Below, one piece after another: positions 45,973-49,094 of a DNA stretch of 49,094 nt. The notes under the pieces are model-generated. The model saw nothing but the letters and a program-made list of their open reading frames with translations. It ran no database searches and was not told where the DNA came from. Position 1 is the stretch's first letter. Every line of letters begins with the position of its first letter. The DNA is from Clostridia bacterium (GTDB lineage Bacteria; Bacillota; Clostridia; TANB77; CAG-508), in contig JAGHJM010000068.1 in assembly GCA_017886645.1 (NCBI GenBank), positions 1 through 49,094 on the forward strand. The letters are read 5' to 3'. The position numbers and the translations under genes were made by a program.

Positions 45973-46775
45973 ATTATTAAAGGCAGGTTTTTTTAGGTTA
46001 AAAAAAGACATTATATTTTGGCTTTTTATATTTATAACAGTGGTAATTGCTGTTTTTACTTTGTTTACACATGAAAAAGATATAGTATTAGATACAATTA
46101 TAGACAATTTTATAATGTATATAGGACTTTTCATAGGCATATTTGTTAGTATATTTGTAGGAAAAGAATATTCGGAAGGAATTATTAGAAATAAAATAAT
46201 AGTTCGGACATAGCAGAATTTCTATTTATTTAGTAAACCTTATAATTAGTATTGTTACATCAATATTATGTGAGTTAATTTATCTTGTAATAATGTTAGC
46301 AATTGGTATTCCAATGTTTGGTGGCTTACAAATGCCAGTACAAGAATTTTTAATGTATATATTAAATGTAATTCTAATTATTATAGCATTTTGTTCTATT
46401 TATACTTTTATAACAATGGTATGTTCAGAGATAACGGTTTCAGCAACAATTAGTATATTTCTTTTTATTGCAATGTTTATTGCACAAAGTTCTTTTGGAC
46501 TAACAGCTAATGCAGATCCATATATAACAAATACATATACTGATGAAAATGGAGTTACCGAAATAATTAGCCAAAAGCCAGATCCAAGATATCCAGGAGA
46601 TGAAATAGTTAAAATGGCGAGAGTAATCTATCTATTAATTCCACAAGGTCAAGCTATGGAAATAGGAAGCGGTGATACAGAATATTTATATCAAATGCCA
46701 ATATATTCTGTTATAATTATATGTATTATAAATATTATTGGAATATATTTATTCACAAAAAAGGAGTTAAAGTAA
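45965..46775 (+). CDS. ABC-2 type permease, about 269 aa, needing a +1 frame change at CGG-A (46205-46208)
   Basis: Frame 0 ends 'EYSEGIIRNKIIV'; +1 frame continues 'GHSRISIYL...' without stops into the 46293 ORF, restoring the family motif EYxxGxIRNKxxxGxSR. Confidence 0.87.
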
Positions 46776-47669
46776 GTGGAAAGTGTGGATATAGCATTGT
46801 ATATTTTAATTATAATGTTATTTATTTTATGTATTTTTATGTGTTTAAAAATTTACTTTTTTAAAAGAGCTATAAAAGAAATAAGTGATTCTTTAAATGA
46901 TATATTAAATACAGATACTAATAATTTAATAAATATATCTTCATCAGATGAAGATATAAAAAAATTAGCAACAACTTTAAATATAAATCTTAAAGAACTA
47001 AGAAAACAAAAATTACAATATGAAAATGGAAATCAAGAGCTAAAAAGAGTTGTTACTAATATTTCACATGATTTAAGAACCCCATTAACTGCTATAAATG
47101 GATATATTGATTTAATGAAGAATGATAAATTATCTAAAGAGCAAGAAAAATACTTAAGTATAATTTATAATAAATCAAATGAATTAGTAGAACTTACGGA
47201 ACAACTATTTGATTATTCCAAAGCTATAGATAATAATGTAGAATTGAATAAAGAAAAATGTTGCATAAATGAAGTGCTAGAGGAAGTATTAGTAAGTTAT
47301 TATACAGTTTTTAAAGAAAATGGTATTACACCAGAAATATCAATTTGTGAAAATAAAATATATAAAATGTTAAATAAAGCTTCTGTAGTGAGAATATTTG
47401 AAAATATTTTATCAAACATAAGTAAATATAGTAATGGAAATTTTAAAGCTGAATTGGGAGATAATGGAATAATAACTTTCTCTAATAAAGCAAGAATGTT
47501 AGATGCAACAACGGTAGAAAAAATTTTTGATAGATATTTTACGGTAGAAAATGCTAAAAAATCTACTGGACTTGGACTTTCTATTGCAAAACAATTAGTA
47601 GAATTAAACGGAGGAAAAATTTTAGCTAAATATATAGATGAAAATTTAATTATACAGATTATGTTTTAG
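46776..47669 (+). CDS. Sensor histidine kinase (small intramembrane-sensing type)
   Basis: 'NISHDLRTPLT','ENILSN','IFDRYFT','STGLGLSIAK'. Confidence 0.92.
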   Translation: MESVDIALYILIIMLFILCIFMCLKIYFFKRAIKEISDSLNDILNTDTNNLINISSSDEDIKKLATTLNINLKELRKQKLQYENGNQELKRVVTNISHDLRTPLTAINGYIDLMKNDKLSKEQEKYLSIIYNKSNELVELTEQLFDYSKAIDNNVELNKEKCCINEVLEEVLVSYYTVFKENGITPEISICENKIYKMLNKASVVRIFENILSNISKYSNGNFKAELGDNGIITFSNKARMLDATTVEKIFDRYFTVENAKKSTGLGLSIAKQLVELNGGKILAKYIDENLIIQIMF

Positions 47670-47712
47670 TATAGAATAATAGGATATGGAAGCAATACTA
47701 ATTTACATATAT

Positions 47713-47741
47713 TTGAAAAAAATAAAAAAAAGTGGTATAAT
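47713..47741 (+). promoter_or_regulatory. sigma-A promoter of the GC-rich orphan gene
   Basis: TTGAAA-17 nt-TATAAT with TG extension. Confidence 0.7.
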
Positions 47742-47773
47742 AGTAAGTATAAAAACCCAAGGAGGTATGTTAC

Positions 47774-47989
47774 ATGAAAGCGCCTAAGTACCATGATGGA
47801 AAAGAACTGAGATATGAGGAGGTGTTTCGCTCTGGGTTCGCTCGGCCCACTGAAAGAGAGGCCATGAAGGTCCTGGAGGACATCCGTGCAGTGCATGATC
47901 CGCTACATGGGTGGATCGAGTTGGAAGCCTACGTTGAGCAGACTGCCTCTGGGTATGTGGCTGTTCGCCACCATGCTCAGTACAAGTAA
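47774..47989 (+). CDS. GC-rich orphan hypothetical protein (71 aa)
   Basis: AAGGAGGT SD, promoter and terminator; about 53% GC by hand count. Confidence 0.7.
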   Translation: MKAPKYHDGKELRYEEVFRSGFARPTEREAMKVLEDIRAVHDPLHGWIELEAYVEQTASGYVAVRHHAQYK

Positions 47990-47998
47990 CAGCTCGCT

Positions 47999-48048
47999 AG
48001 CAGCTTCAAGAAATTTGGTCGACTGACTGTTCTTGAAGCTGCTTTTTT
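47999..48048 (+). terminator. Rho-independent terminator
   Basis: AGCAGCTTCAAGAA/TTCTTGAAGCTGCT stem plus T run. Confidence 0.8.
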
Positions 48049-48203
48049 AATGCATTTATAATGTGTATGAAATAAAAATTAGAAAAATTATAATGCAATT
48101 GTGAAATATTGTGAAATATTTTTAGATACTTTTGGATAAAGTTAAGCACTTTTGTAAAGTGTTTAAAAAACTGATATATGGCTGAAAATGGCTATTCTGA
48201 GGC

Positions 48204-48238
48204 AAAAAAAGAAATTACCCTTTTTTGAGTAATTTCTA
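48204..48238 (-). terminator. Terminator downstream of the tRNA 3' fragment
   Basis: GAAATTAC/GTAATTTC stem with T run on the minus strand. Confidence 0.6.
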
Positions 48239-48245
48239 TAAAAAA

Positions 48246-48258
48246 TGGTCGAGGCGAG
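48246..48258 (-). mobile_element. att site: duplicated 3' end of a tRNA (Pro-like), CTCGCCTCGACCA
   Basis: Minus strand ends ...CGCCTCGACCA with no upstream cloverleaf; 140 bp past the integrase stop and followed by a terminator. Confidence 0.65.
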
Positions 48259-48317
48259 GTAACTCCTCAAATGCTATTTTTCTTTATATATCAATATTTT
48301 CAAAGAATTATTTTAAA

Positions 48318-48373
48318 TTGTTGAAATTTTTTGTTGAAGTTTTACTATTTTATATACTTTAAAATTTCAACAA
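48318..48373. repeat. Putative integrase arm-type binding sites
   Basis: TTGTTGAAATTTT and TTGTTGAAGTTTT in tandem, plus inverted copy AAAATTTCAACAA. Confidence 0.55.
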
Positions 48374-48398
48374 ATATTGTCGGATTTTCTTTAGTATT

Positions 48399-49094
48399 TC
48401 AATCACTTTTATCTTCTGCTGAAAAGTCAACTCCAAAAATTTCTTTACCAATTAAATATTTTTCAACATTCTTATTTTCAGAATTTTCGAATTCACTATC
48501 TACATCAACATAATATTGCATTGTAACTGTAATATCTGAATGTCCTAATATCTTTTTCAAAACTGCTGGAGCAATCTTAGCTTCAGCGCACCTAGTAGCA
48601 AATGTTCCTCTTAACATATGTGTATGAACATCAGTCTTTTGAACGATTTGACCTTTTTTATCTTTATCCTCATATATGCCTATTCCAAGTTTTAGTGCAA
48701 TTCTTTTTATACTACTATTAATAGTGTTTTCTATATACATTGTTTTGTCTTCTTTACAAAATAGTAGATGATTTTTATTTGGTATTTTATGCTCTAGTGC
48801 TGCTTCAACTATTCGTTTACTAATATTGGTCATAGTTAAAATTCTTTCACCATTTTCAGTTTTAGCAGTTTCACCAATTATTGCTTTCCCAGCAGTATTT
48901 TTAGTTTGAGTTTTTCTTATATAAATTTTTCCGTTTACCATGTCAATATCTTTTTCATAATCTAAAACTAATGCTTCTCCAATTCTCATTCCTGTAGTTA
49001 ATAGTAATAAAAACAGATATTTCTTATGACATTTTTCATATTTTACAGAATTTAAATAATCTACTAATTTCTTTTGTTCTTCAATGGTTAGAGA
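48399..49094 (-). CDS. Tyrosine recombinase/integrase, 5' part outside the window
   Basis: 'LLLTTGMRIGEA','HMLRGTFAT','LGHSDITVTMQYY'; frame open to the right edge. Confidence 0.93.
   Translation of the reverse strand, partial: SLTIEEQKKLVDYLNSVKYEKCHKKYLFLLLLTTGMRIGEALVLDYEKDIDMVNGKIYIRKTQTKNTAGKAIIGETAKTENGERILTMTNISKRIVEAALEHKIPNKNHLLFCKEDKTMYIENTINSSIKRIALKLGIGIYEDKDKKGQIVQKTDVHTHMLRGTFATRCAEAKIAPAVLKKILGHSDITVTMQYYVDVDSEFENSENKNVEKYLIGKEIFGVDFSAEDKSD

Noticed and set aside
11098-46213. Treating the three split genes as independent ordinary pseudogenes or homopolymer errors
   Set aside because: Identical CGG-A context, same direction of shift, no homopolymer at the extra base and no other lesions; not fully excluded without raw reads
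741-48513. Many short antisense or overlapping ORFs in the track (e.g. 923-1336, 14452-14943, 28300-28635, 45024-45374)
   Set aside because: Shadow ORFs opposite well-supported genes, Phe/Ser/Leu-biased, with no SD
1-49094. CRISPR array, rRNA, IS transposase or reverse transcriptase
   Set aside because: No repeat-spacer periodicity or diagnostic motifs seen

Overview
A very AT-rich chromosomal window from a spore-forming Clostridia-like Firmicute. It carries the conserved tadA-tRNA-ffs(SRP RNA)-dnaX-ybaB-recR block, sleB-ypeB, corA, tex, htrA, hsp20, three tRNAs (Lys-CTT, Arg-CCT, Ser-CGA), several ABC systems, an Lsa-type ABC-F protein and an orphan holin-amidase pair. At the right edge is the end of a tyrosine-integrase element, apparently inserted at a tRNA-Pro 3' end. 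Two things stand out. (1) Three unrelated, otherwise intact genes (a Sir2/CobB deacylase, a pilin-like FGE/C-type-lectin protein and an ABC-2 permease) are each split by a +1 frame change at an in-frame CGG-A, and skipping the C gives a Gly GGA codon and a full-length protein. CGG is otherwise absent from recognisable native genes in my manual scan. This suggests systematic CGG(A) recoding, by +1 frameshifting or four-base decoding. (2) A co-oriented four-gene cluster encodes a fatty acyl ligase, a monomodular C-A(Gly-like)-T-R NRPS, a multi-TM histidine kinase and a REC-HD-GYP regulator. It looks like an Rpf/DSF-style signal synthesis-sensing-c-di-GMP circuit using an N-acyl-glycinal or N-acylethanolamine-type molecule. 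All assignments come from motif recognition by eye; no database searches were run.
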